From Clostridiales bacterium (GTDB lineage Bacteria > Bacillota > Desulfotomaculia > Desulfotomaculales > VENG01), in the NCBI GenBank assembly GCA_016278505.1, contig JADQBQ010000019.1, positions 5,098-69,097 of the forward strand: a DNA stretch of 64,000 nucleotides, written 5' to 3'. A program made the translations under genes and the position numbers. How positions within the stretch are numbered: the stretch's first letter is position 1; every line of letters starts with the position of its first letter. Of this stretch, positions 36,842 to 44,996 are shown piece after piece. The notes under the pieces are model-generated. The model made no database searches. It saw nothing but the letters and a program-made list of their open reading frames with translations, and was not told where the DNA came from.

Positions 36842-39262
36842 ATGAAACGTACAGCAATCCATGCAATAAAACAAATAATTAACAGTAGCAACGCTGTGAG
36901 CCGACCTCTTTTAGTGCTGGTACTGGCATTCACTGTTGGTATTTTGGTGTCCGGTCTTTTAGAGCCCGGGCTCTTTTTGATTTTCGGATTATCCTTTCTA
37001 GTTTTTCTGGTGGCCATTTTTAGTTTCTTTGTTGGTCGCAGAGGCACCGGGCTGTTAGTAGCCTTGTTGTCGTTCTTGTTAGGTTTATTGACAGGCGGTT
37101 TAGCCTGGCAGGGAATAGATCAAAGTATACTTAAATATTGTGATCACTACGTAATTATAGAAGGGACAGTGAGACAGGCTCCCGAATACCGTCTTGACTC
37201 CATAGAGTACGTCCTGGATGTTGAAACAGTGCGGGTAAACGGTAAGATGTATGCAAATTCCGGGGGCGTGCTGGTAAGGGTAAAGGGAAAGCAAGGAAAG
37301 TTTGGTTATGGTGACAGGCTTCGGGTGGAGGGTGTTTTATACAGGCCTTCCACGCCTGGAAACCCAGGTTCTTTCAATTATCGCAAATACCTTGCCCGGC
37401 AAAATATTGTGGCTTTAACCACAGTAAAGCCTGACCATGTGCAAAGGCTTGCTAAGGGGGCACCGGGATTGCTTGGTGCTGCCGCAGTAATGCGGGAAAA
37501 AATGATGCAAATTTCCAGGGATACTCTTTCACCCACCCACGCGGCCATGTTGAACGGAATGATGTTTGGTTCCAGGGGAGAAATCCCGCATGATTTGCAG
37601 CAAGCATTTTCCGAATCCGGGCTGGCCCATGTACTTTGCGTCAGTGGCTTACATGTAGGCATAGTGCTGGGGGGGCTGCTAATACTGTTGAGGATGATGG
37701 GTACTCCCGTTTCCTGGCTGCCCGGCGTGATCACACCGATTCTATTGTTTTATGGGGCTATGACAGGGTTTGGCCCGGCGGTATTACGGGCCACCGTAAT
37801 GGCACTGCTGCTTTTATGGGGGCACCGCCTGGGGAGAGAAAGAGATTGGCCCACCACGCTGGCGCTGGCAGCCTTAATCATCCTGGCCTTAAATCCTCTG
37901 CAGCTTTATGAAGTAGGGTTTCAGCTTTCCTTTGCCGCCACATGGGGCATTTTATATCTAGGGCCCTGGCTGCAAGAAAAAATGGAAAATTGGCGACTGC
38001 CCGGATGGACAAAATCCACTCTCCAGGTTACAGTCTCTGCCCAGCTGGGTACGTTACCCATAGTAATACAATACTTTAATCTGGTGTCCGCCGCTTCCAT
38101 AATAAGCAACCTGGTGGCATTGCCACTGACTGGTATTATCCTTTTAATGGGGTTTGCGGCAGGGGGAATAGGGCTTATCATACCCTTGGCCGCGCAGGTT
38201 ATTAATGCGGGAACTGAAATTTTATTAAGCATCTATGAATGGCTGGTTTTGGTCATCAGAAATATCCCGGGTGCTTCACATTACACTGCCCCCTGGCCCT
38301 GGTGGGTGATAGTTGCCTGGTGTGCGGGGCTGATCACCGTGGTGGAATGGTGCCGGGTGCGGCCCTTAATACCTATTTCGGGCTCTCGTAAGTCCTGGGC
38401 GGCAATAAGTGTTACCTGCCTGGTGGCCCTGGCGATTTGGCAGGGCAGTAGTGGAAATAATTTGGAAGTTCACTTTATTGATGTGGGGCAGGGAGACAGT
38501 ATACTGGTACGCCTGCCCGGTGGGAAGGACATGCTGGTGGATACCGGGGGCTGGTTCGGGGATTTTGACGGTGAACCGGGTGTGGGAGATTACGTGGTGG
38601 TTCCTTATTTGCGGAGGCTGGGTATAAATGAGCTTGATGCCGTGGTTTTATCCCACTTTCATGAAGATCATGCCGGTGGATTAAGGGCGGTTATGAAGGC
38701 TGTTAATGTGGCTGTGCTGGTTACTCCCCCATTGGAGGAGGAATTAGATGCCAACACAGGTGTACAAGAAATTCTTGCCGTGGCCAGCCAAAAAAATATC
38801 CCTGTCCGTTTTGGCAATTACGGTGACCAACTGTTCCCGGACAGCCCGGTTAAAATCTCTTTTTTGGGCCCTTTACAAGAACCCTTTGACGGGACCAGGT
38901 CCGACCTTAATAATAATTCCCTGGTATTGTTTATGGATTACAAGAATACCGAATTCTTATTGTCCGGTGATATAGAAGAGGAAATGCAGGAGAAACTGGT
39001 AGAGCGGGGAGCGCTACAGCCAGTCGAGGTACTAAAAGTGGCCCATCACGGAAGCAGGTATGCCTCAGCTGCCTTTATGGAACAGGTGGAGCCTATGGTT
39101 GCAGTCATTTCAGTGGGGGAGGGGAACAGGTTTAATTTACCCAGCTCGGAAATAATTTCCCAATTAGAAGATATGCAAGTCACAATATATCGTACTGACC
39201 GGGACGGCGCGGTGATAGTAAGTTCCAACGGTAAAGGACTTAATATAAAAACCGGCCGCTAA
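36842..39262 (+). CDS. comEC: DNA internalization competence protein ComEC/Rec2
   Basis: DUF4131-like N-terminus, a polytopic competence domain and a C-terminal metallo-beta-lactamase domain (LSHFHEDHAGG). The start is uncertain (36842 ATG vs 36761 GTG). Confidence 0.9.
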   Translation: MKRTAIHAIKQIINSSNAVSRPLLVLVLAFTVGILVSGLLEPGLFLIFGLSFLVFLVAIFSFFVGRRGTGLLVALLSFLLGLLTGGLAWQGIDQSILKYCDHYVIIEGTVRQAPEYRLDSIEYVLDVETVRVNGKMYANSGGVLVRVKGKQGKFGYGDRLRVEGVLYRPSTPGNPGSFNYRKYLARQNIVALTTVKPDHVQRLAKGAPGLLGAAAVMREKMMQISRDTLSPTHAAMLNGMMFGSRGEIPHDLQQAFSESGLAHVLCVSGLHVGIVLGGLLILLRMMGTPVSWLPGVITPILLFYGAMTGFGPAVLRATVMALLLLWGHRLGRERDWPTTLALAALIILALNPLQLYEVGFQLSFAATWGILYLGPWLQEKMENWRLPGWTKSTLQVTVSAQLGTLPIVIQYFNLVSAASIISNLVALPLTGIILLMGFAAGGIGLIIPLAAQVINAGTEILLSIYEWLVLVIRNIPGASHYTAPWPWWVIVAWCAGLITVVEWCRVRPLIPISGSRKSWAAISVTCLVALAIWQGSSGNNLEVHFIDVGQGDSILVRLPGGKDMLVDTGGWFGDFDGEPGVGDYVVVPYLRRLGINELDAVVLSHFHEDHAGGLRAVMKAVNVAVLVTPPLEEELDANTGVQEILAVASQKNIPVRFGNYGDQLFPDSPVKISFLGPLQEPFDGTRSDLNNNSLVLFMDYKNTEFLLSGDIEEEMQEKLVERGALQPVEVLKVAHHGSRYASAAFMEQVEPMVAVISVGEGNRFNLPSSEIISQLEDMQVTIYRTDRDGAVIVSSNGKGLNIKTGR

Positions 39263-39319
39263 AGGTCTAAGAAGTGGGAAAAAACACTTATTTCTTTTCA
39301 TAAGCGGTGTTGCTCTCTC

Positions 39320-40477
39320 TTATACAGCTATTATTTTGCGTTTAAGCAGTTCTTGCAGCGCGATGCCGGCTAAGAAACCTGCTCCCATATTCCACATCCC
39401 AAATCCAGCCGTAACGAGAAGGATATAAAAGTCTTCTTTCTCTCTACCCACATCTCTGGCACTTACCGCTAGCTCAAGACCGGCAAATAAAAGAATTACA
39501 CCCAGTATGCACTCGGGAAAAATTTTAAAGATAAGGGCTACTGAGTTGCTAAAGAAAAGGGCCAGTATAAGTAATATGCAGCCTAATATTACAAGGGATC
39601 CGCCTGTTCTAGCCCCGAACCTGACGTGACCGGCCATACCGCCCGCGCCGTGACACATGGGGGTGCCGCCGAAAATAGGTGATACCAGGTTCATTATGCC
39701 CTGCGAAACTGCAATTTTCTTTTCGGTCACCGGCCTGTCCGGAAAGAGCCTATTATTTTCAGCAGTGATGGCAATAACGGCGTTCCCCAGTGTGAGTGGT
39801 ATTTGAGGTATACCGAGTATTAGTGTCCCTTTGACAAAGTCCTGCCATGTTACACTGGCCACGGCCAGTTCAGGCACTCTAAAACCTATTTTAATTTGTG
39901 CCAGCTGACCAAATAGAGAAGGATCACGGAAAATGGCTACTGCTACGCCCACAACTAGAAGAACAAACATGGCCGGAACCTTATTACCCTTGAGCAAGAA
40001 AAATGTAAGCAGCAAGGCAAATATGGCAATTGCCAAATCACTCTGCATCTTTTGTATACCGTCTTTAACGAACAAAAGGCCCAGGCCAAGTACAATACCT
40101 CTTATCACCGGCTTGGTTGCTATTTTGGAAATGTAATTCAGCATTCCCGTTAACCCCATAATAAGCCAGAAAAAACCGGTGAAAATTCCTGCCCCTAACA
40201 CCATACTTGGTGTCAATGCCCCGGCACTGGTAATGGCTGCACCGCCTATTGCCTTCATGGGTTGGATGGGCAACGGAGTCTTATAATACGAGCCCCCGAT
40301 AATCATTAAGATACCAAACATAAGCAACACCCCGAGCGGGTCCATCTTCATTACCGTTATGTAGCCAACTATAAAAGGTATAAGGGTGCCCAGGTCACCA
40401 AAGGCACCGGCCCACTCCATGCGGTCAAATTTGTTTTTAAGCTTTGTTGGTGCGGTTGGTTCCGTTTGAGTTTTCAT
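39320..40477 (-). CDS. MOT1/SulP-like putative molybdate/sulfate transporter
   Basis: The N-terminal MEWAGAFGDLGTLIPF motif and polytopic body resemble the MFS_MOT1-type family. Assignment is from memory. Confidence 0.65.
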   Translation of the reverse strand: MKTQTEPTAPTKLKNKFDRMEWAGAFGDLGTLIPFIVGYITVMKMDPLGVLLMFGILMIIGGSYYKTPLPIQPMKAIGGAAITSAGALTPSMVLGAGIFTGFFWLIMGLTGMLNYISKIATKPVIRGIVLGLGLLFVKDGIQKMQSDLAIAIFALLLTFFLLKGNKVPAMFVLLVVGVAVAIFRDPSLFGQLAQIKIGFRVPELAVASVTWQDFVKGTLILGIPQIPLTLGNAVIAITAENNRLFPDRPVTEKKIAVSQGIMNLVSPIFGGTPMCHGAGGMAGHVRFGARTGGSLVILGCILLILALFFSNSVALIFKIFPECILGVILLFAGLELAVSARDVGREKEDFYILLVTAGFGMWNMGAGFLAGIALQELLKRKIIAV

Positions 40478-40481
40478 TCTA

Positions 40482-41267
40482 TCACCTCAACTTATATGTT
40501 GCTGAAATAAACTTTTTCTGCAACTCTAGACCATAGGGGATTACTTTATCCGGTTTTATTTTAAACCTTTTGCCATCATCCAGATCGATAAAAAAGTTTA
40601 TTAGCTTGTTAATTACAGGATCACTAGTGCCAAGGGTTAAAAGCTTTTTCGTAAATTTGTCATCAACAGGCTTAGTCTTAAAGATTCTGCAGCAATGGGA
40701 GTTCTCATAATATGGTCTTATCCTGTCCAGATTTTTCTCAAGGGCATCAATAAGTTCCTCCAAAACAGAACCGGTGGTTTCAACAACAACCGATGCCTGA
40801 ACTAAAAAGCAATAAATAAACCTTTTTATTTCAAATCCGCTTACTTTCAGAGGGCTGTTGTGCCGATATAAATTTATTTCCGCTAAAGATTGTTTTTTGT
40901 CACCTGAAATAATTGTATGATCAGTTAGCGTAATACCAAGTAATGCCAGTTGCCACTTTAAAAATTCGGTGGAAACAATATCATTATCTGACGGGATAAT
41001 TTCTCCGTGCCATGGAACTTGGGGGTGGTTATGAACTACTATGGCTTCTTGAAAGCATATTTTTGTTTGGCTTAGCCACTGAATTAAAACATTTAAAGGT
41101 GGCATAATAGCCCATGTTTCCTGGCAGTTATCACCACATAAAACTTTTAATTTGTTACTTCCACTGCCGAATACCAGTACTGCCTGTTCATATTTTTTTG
41201 TGGAAATGGCTTTTATTTCTTCGATACTAAGAATATCCACTGCTATGCAGGAAGTAGGTAGGGACAT
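40482..41267 (-). CDS. RadC-like JAB/MPN domain protein with an unknown 120-aa C-terminal domain
   Basis: HNHP....PSDND motif (H79, H81, S93, D96). ATG at 41267 with AGGAGGGG 8 nt upstream, preferred over the listed start at 41306. Confidence 0.65.
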   Translation of the reverse strand: MSLPTSCIAVDILSIEEIKAISTKKYEQAVLVFGSGSNKLKVLCGDNCQETWAIMPPLNVLIQWLSQTKICFQEAIVVHNHPQVPWHGEIIPSDNDIVSTEFLKWQLALLGITLTDHTIISGDKKQSLAEINLYRHNSPLKVSGFEIKRFIYCFLVQASVVVETTGSVLEELIDALEKNLDRIRPYYENSHCCRIFKTKPVDDKFTKKLLTLGTSDPVINKLINFFIDLDDGKRFKIKPDKVIPYGLELQKKFISATYKLR

Positions 41268-41283
41268 TAAAGAACCCCTCCTG

Positions 41284-41715
41284 TCAATTTGACATATGCA
41301 GCTCATCTTCCATGGCTTGAATAAATCTTTTTAATAAATAAGATCTAATGTTAAATAATATTAAGCCCAGGGCTACCATAATACACACAAAGTAGAACAG
41401 TGGAATTTGAATTCCCAGTACGGTGGGGATCCCGTCAATAGTACGGAGGACTTCATTTTTTTCTTCTGTCCAGGCTATCACTTTAGGTTCCTCATCCACG
41501 TCATTTGTCTGCGCCGGAATCATTTCAACTGCTAAGTCGCCAAGTGCTGGATTGTAAAGAACGTCAAAAAAAATAATATTAAAAATAACCTGGTAGGACA
41601 ATATTCCACTGATAATAAAGACCAGTAAGAGGTGCCAGGAGATCTTCTTTTCGTAGTCATTGATTTTTCTTGTTAATTCTTTCTCGTTTAGTTTTGAGTT
41701 AGCCATTTTAACCAC
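41284..41715 (-). CDS. hypothetical 2-TM membrane protein
   Basis: Two hydrophobic helices flank an acidic loop of about 60 aa. No family recognised. Confidence 0.5.
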   Translation of the reverse strand: MVKMANSKLNEKELTRKINDYEKKISWHLLLVFIISGILSYQVIFNIIFFDVLYNPALGDLAVEMIPAQTNDVDEEPKVIAWTEEKNEVLRTIDGIPTVLGIQIPLFYFVCIMVALGLILFNIRSYLLKRFIQAMEDELHMSN

Positions 41716-41719
41716 GCCC

Positions 41720-42541
41720 CTAGCAAGGAATTAAACCATTCTGCTCCAGTATTTCTTCTCCCCGGGGACCGGTCAATATATTAATAAACTCCTGGGCTAG
41801 TTCCTTTTGATTCGATTTTTTTGGAATGGCGATGGCAAACTCAATGGGAGTACCGGTGATTTCGGTATCCAGGCCGGGATAACTTCCGTCAACTACAACT
41901 TTGGCCCGGGCATAATAATCAGCCAGTCGCGGGTCGCTCAAATTAATCTCAGGGGGGAATACTATGTGCTTTAGGTTTAATTGTTTGGCCACTGAAAGAT
42001 ATTCAAAGCCGTAATCAACCTGGCCCTGTAGAAGGGCACAAGCCAAATCAAAGGATTTGGGGTAGACATTACTCCAACTATCTTCCAATGCTTTAAACAG
42101 GCCCGGCCGGTTATAAAATTTCTCTGCCAGTTGCCACAACATCAATGTTCTGTACCCGCAGGGATCACGGTGGTGGTCTGAACGACCGTATTTTATCTGG
42201 CTATTATTTAATAAAACATCCATCCAGTTGTCCTTAGTAATAATTTCATTATGTGTGGAAAACTCATCAAAGGCCAAAACCATTTGGTCAGTGGCAAAAA
42301 CAAAGGAGGTATCTACAAAGCGGGGAATTAGAATATCTTCAAATACCTTATAATCCGCCAGCGCAATTAAATCCACTATCTTTCCCCCCGCCACCGCCCG
42401 GGCACAGGCCCTTGAACCTGCGTAATCAAGTTCTACTTTTAAATCAGGGTATCTTTTCCATAATATGTGAATGCACTCTTTTATGGGTTTACGCAGCGCC
42501 CCGGCATGAAGTACTTTAAAACAATTAGGATTATTTTTCAT
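41720..42541 (-). CDS. WtpA/ModA-like molybdate/tungstate-binding protein lacking a signal peptide
   Basis: VLHAGALRKP resembles the AGSL motif region of WtpA-type periplasmic binding proteins. The N-terminus has no hydrophobic leader or lipobox. Confidence 0.65.
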   Translation of the reverse strand: MKNNPNCFKVLHAGALRKPIKECIHILWKRYPDLKVELDYAGSRACARAVAGGKIVDLIALADYKVFEDILIPRFVDTSFVFATDQMVLAFDEFSTHNEIITKDNWMDVLLNNSQIKYGRSDHHRDPCGYRTLMLWQLAEKFYNRPGLFKALEDSWSNVYPKSFDLACALLQGQVDYGFEYLSVAKQLNLKHIVFPPEINLSDPRLADYYARAKVVVDGSYPGLDTEITGTPIEFAIAIPKKSNQKELAQEFINILTGPRGEEILEQNGLIPC

Positions 42542-42923
42542 CAGCGCTTCCCCCTTGCTCTTTTTGTTCTCGGTATAGACTAAGAAACTGTTCGACTTGA
42601 AGTTTTTGCTTCTCTATCTTTGCAGCAGTTTCGTCCAAAACGTTGATACCTTTTTCAGTTATTTCATATAACCTGCGGGCAGGGCCCGATTCCGAGATCT
42701 GCCAGCTGGATGTTAAAAGCCGGTTCTTCTCCATCCGTCTCAAGTTCCTGTATATGGTGCCCGGCTCTACTTCTTCCGTAGATTGCAATTTATTATAGTT
42801 TTGAATTAATTCATAGCCGTGCGATGGCTTTATATAAACAAATAAAAGTAAGCCGGGCTGAATCAATTTATCCAGGGTAATATCCTCTCCGTTTTTTATC
42901 GCCATTATAAACCTCCGTATCAA
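42531..42923 (-). CDS. PadR-family transcriptional regulator
   Basis: PSHGYELIQ....PGTIYRNLRRMEKNRLL..S....GPARRLYEITEKG. Confidence 0.85.
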   Translation of the reverse strand: MIRRFIMAIKNGEDITLDKLIQPGLLLFVYIKPSHGYELIQNYNKLQSTEEVEPGTIYRNLRRMEKNRLLTSSWQISESGPARRLYEITEKGINVLDETAAKIEKQKLQVEQFLSLYREQKEQGGSADEK

Positions 42924-43025
42924 GCGATTTCACAGAAATAATCAATATCACAACTTTGTTCTGAAAATCTGCATCTTTATGCCATTGTCTCCATTGAAAA
43001 TTGTCGAAGTAGTGCATCATAGTTT

Positions 43026-43044
43026 TAAGTGCACCGTGCACTTA
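43026..43044. promoter_or_regulatory. perfect 19-nt palindrome TAAGTGCAC-C-GTGCACTTA (operator candidate)
   Basis: Lies in the divergent spacer between the two PadR genes. A related site is upstream of chrA (32602-32620). Confidence 0.5.
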
Positions 43045-43106
43045 GGTGATTGAAAATATATTAACACTATAATTTTATTTACACAATACATTTTTCCGAA
43101 TTTACC

Positions 43107-43135
43107 TTGCCATAAATATGAACTAATGATAATAT
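43107..43135 (+). promoter_or_regulatory. sigma-A-type promoter candidate with extended -10
   Basis: TTGCCA, a 17-nt spacer ending in TGA, then TAATAT. Confidence 0.5.
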
Positions 43136-43186
43136 AGTTCGCAGATAACTCTATAGGCATATTGCACATAAGGGAGGTTTCCATAA

Positions 43187-43570
43187 GTGTGCCAAGACCA
43201 AGGTTCTCATCATGGAAGTAGTTGCAGCTGTTCTGGTATGCCAATGAGACGCTTTCTGCAGCCCTGTCTTTTACTGCTGCTTCACCGCCGGTCAACCCAC
43301 GGGTACGATTTGATTCAAAATCTTGGAGAGTTCGGTTTTTCTTCCGGTGAAACAGACCCGGGCACTGTATACAGGCACCTGCGTAAGATGGAAGAGGAAA
43401 AATTAGTAACTTCCGCCTGGGATACAGATCAAGGTGGGCCGGCTAAAAGGCTGTACCAAATAACCGGTGAGGGTGAGGAAATTTTACACGCCTGGGCCGT
43501 TACCCTGAATGGGAATAAACAGAGGATAGAAGACTTTTTGGTTAAATATAAAACCCAATTTCCGGGATAG
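43187..43570 (+). CDS. PadR-family regulator with a Cys/His-rich N-terminal extension
   Basis: PadR core (STHGYDLIQ..DPGTVYRHLRKMEEEKLV..GPAKRLYQITGEG) preceded by CQDQGSHHGSSCSCSG. GTG start with AAGGGAGG upstream. Confidence 0.8.
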   Translation: MCQDQGSHHGSSCSCSGMPMRRFLQPCLLLLLHRRSTHGYDLIQNLGEFGFSSGETDPGTVYRHLRKMEEEKLVTSAWDTDQGGPAKRLYQITGEGEEILHAWAVTLNGNKQRIEDFLVKYKTQFPG

Positions 43571-43609
43571 TATACAGTATAAAAACAGTTCTTAAGCGGG
43601 GGAACAAAA

Positions 43610-44086
43610 ATGTTTAATATCATCCTTTTTGTATCGGCTGCCATTGGACTTATAATATCCAATCAGAAAGACAAAGTAAAAACTAAGCAGGCCCTCAAAA
43701 AAGCCGTAAATTCCTTTATCAATTTATTGCCCAGCTTACTGGGGATCATTGGCCTCATCGGTTTAATGTTGGCGCTGGTGCCCCGGGAATTAATTGCGGG
43801 GTTTTTCGGCGATAACAGCCCGGCAGGTATTGCCGTCATATCGGCCATCGGTTCCATTACACTGCTGCCGGCATTTGTTGCTTTTCCCCTGGCCTCATCG
43901 TTCCTTGATGCCGGGGCCAGTATTGTTGCCGTGGCCTGTTTTATCACCACTTTGCTGATGGTGGGGGTCATAACCGCTCCCATGGAAATAGAGTATTTCG
44001 GGAAGAGATTTACCCTTTGGCGTAATTTATCCGCACTGGTATTGGCAGTTATCATCGGTCCCTTGATTGGAGTGATGGTGCGTTGA
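43610..44086 (+). CDS. split DUF318/ArsP-type permease, subunit 1
   Basis: A polytopic 158-aa protein overlapping the next gene by 4 nt. Resembles half of the 352-aa permease at 49771-50826. Confidence 0.6.
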   Translation: MFNIILFVSAAIGLIISNQKDKVKTKQALKKAVNSFINLLPSLLGIIGLIGLMLALVPRELIAGFFGDNSPAGIAVISAIGSITLLPAFVAFPLASSFLDAGASIVAVACFITTLLMVGVITAPMEIEYFGKRFTLWRNLSALVLAVIIGPLIGVMVR

Positions 44087-44619
44087 AGAGTAAAATTAAA
44101 AAGTATAATCTTTTTTTCCTGGTTGTTTTAGTTGATCTTATTTTGTGGTTCTACTGGCCGGATAAGGGAACAACGGCAGTTATAAGTACCGGTGATTACC
44201 TGGTTGAGATGCTGCTGTTCATTCCACCTATTTTTATATTAATCGGTCTATTAGATGTTTGGGTACCCAGAGAAATTGTGGAAAAGAACGTAGGTCCCGA
44301 GTCAGGGGTAAAGGGTGTTGTTATATCCATTTTGGTGGCCACTGCTGCAGCCGGCCCCCTTTACGCGGGCTTCCCGGTAGCCTATACCCTGATGAAAAAA
44401 GGCTGCCGCATGGCAAATGTGGTGATCTTTCTCGGTACCTGGGCAACAATAAAAGTTCCCATGCTGATGATGGAAATAAAATTTTTGGGAATGGAATTTG
44501 CTGCAGCCAGGTTGCTATTAACTCTCCCGGCAATTATCCTTTCCGGTTACCTGGTAGAAAGATTATTGGCCGGTGCAGAGAAAGCCGGTGAACCTAAAGC
44601 TAACAAACTTACCGGTTAA
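44083..44619 (+). CDS. split DUF318/ArsP-type permease, subunit 2
   Basis: A polytopic 178-aa protein with the AAAGPLYAGFPVAYTLMKKG region typical of this permease family. Confidence 0.65.
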   Translation: MKSKIKKYNLFFLVVLVDLILWFYWPDKGTTAVISTGDYLVEMLLFIPPIFILIGLLDVWVPREIVEKNVGPESGVKGVVISILVATAAAGPLYAGFPVAYTLMKKGCRMANVVIFLGTWATIKVPMLMMEIKFLGMEFAAARLLLTLPAIILSGYLVERLLAGAEKAGEPKANKLTG

Positions 44620-44662
44620 AAGCACTTTTATCCATAACTGTTTTTCGAAAGGGGGGAGAAGG

Positions 44663-44791
44663 ATGTGTAATTGTAACTGTGACCAGCCCGATAAGTTGAA
44701 AGGGAAAAAGCCTGGTGAGTGCACCACGGAGCAAGTCAAGGAATGTCACGGGGATGAAAAGAATCATCCCTGCACTAAGGAAAAAGAATAA
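44663..44791 (+). CDS. tiny Cys-rich protein (42 aa)
   Basis: MCNCNCDQPDKLKGKKPGECTTEQVKECHGDEKNHPCTKEKE. ATG with GGGGGGAGAAGG upstream. 6 Cys and 2 His. Confidence 0.5.
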   Translation: MCNCNCDQPDKLKGKKPGECTTEQVKECHGDEKNHPCTKEKE

Positions 44792-44929
44792 ATGTACGAA
44801 CAGCAGCAGCAATACCGCAGTCAGATGACATCCCAGTTTACCGATGAACAGCTGGCTGAAATGGCCAGAAACGGCGGCTGTGGTTTCCGTGGGGGTCGTG
44901 GTTTTGGCGGCGGCTTTGCCGCGCGCTAA
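44792..44929 (+). CDS. tiny Gln- and Gly/Arg-rich ORF (45 aa)
   Basis: The ATG directly abuts the preceding stop (TAAATG). Sequence MYEQQQQYRSQMTSQFTDEQLAEMARNGGCGFRGGRGFGGGFAAR. Followed by a strong terminator. Confidence 0.4.
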   Translation: MYEQQQQYRSQMTSQFTDEQLAEMARNGGCGFRGGRGFGGGFAAR

Positions 44930-44966
44930 GCTTCCGGTCTTACACAATATTATTTAACATATGCAA

Positions 44967-44996
44967 GGGGGAGGTTTTAAAACCTCCCCCTTTTTT
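44967..44996 (+). terminator. intrinsic terminator
   Basis: GGGGGAGGTT-TTAA-AACCTCCCCC followed by TTTTTT. Confidence 0.8.

Noticed and set aside
36598-37047. A 149-aa Lys/Arg-rich ORF on the minus strand overlapping the zinc-ribbon gene end and the comEC start.
   Set aside because: It has low-complexity basic composition, is antisense to better-supported genes, and has no RBS.
44259-44591. A 110-aa alternative-frame ORF inside permease subunit 2.
   Set aside because: It is an out-of-frame overlap with a hydrophobic permease gene and has Arg/Gly-rich shadow composition.
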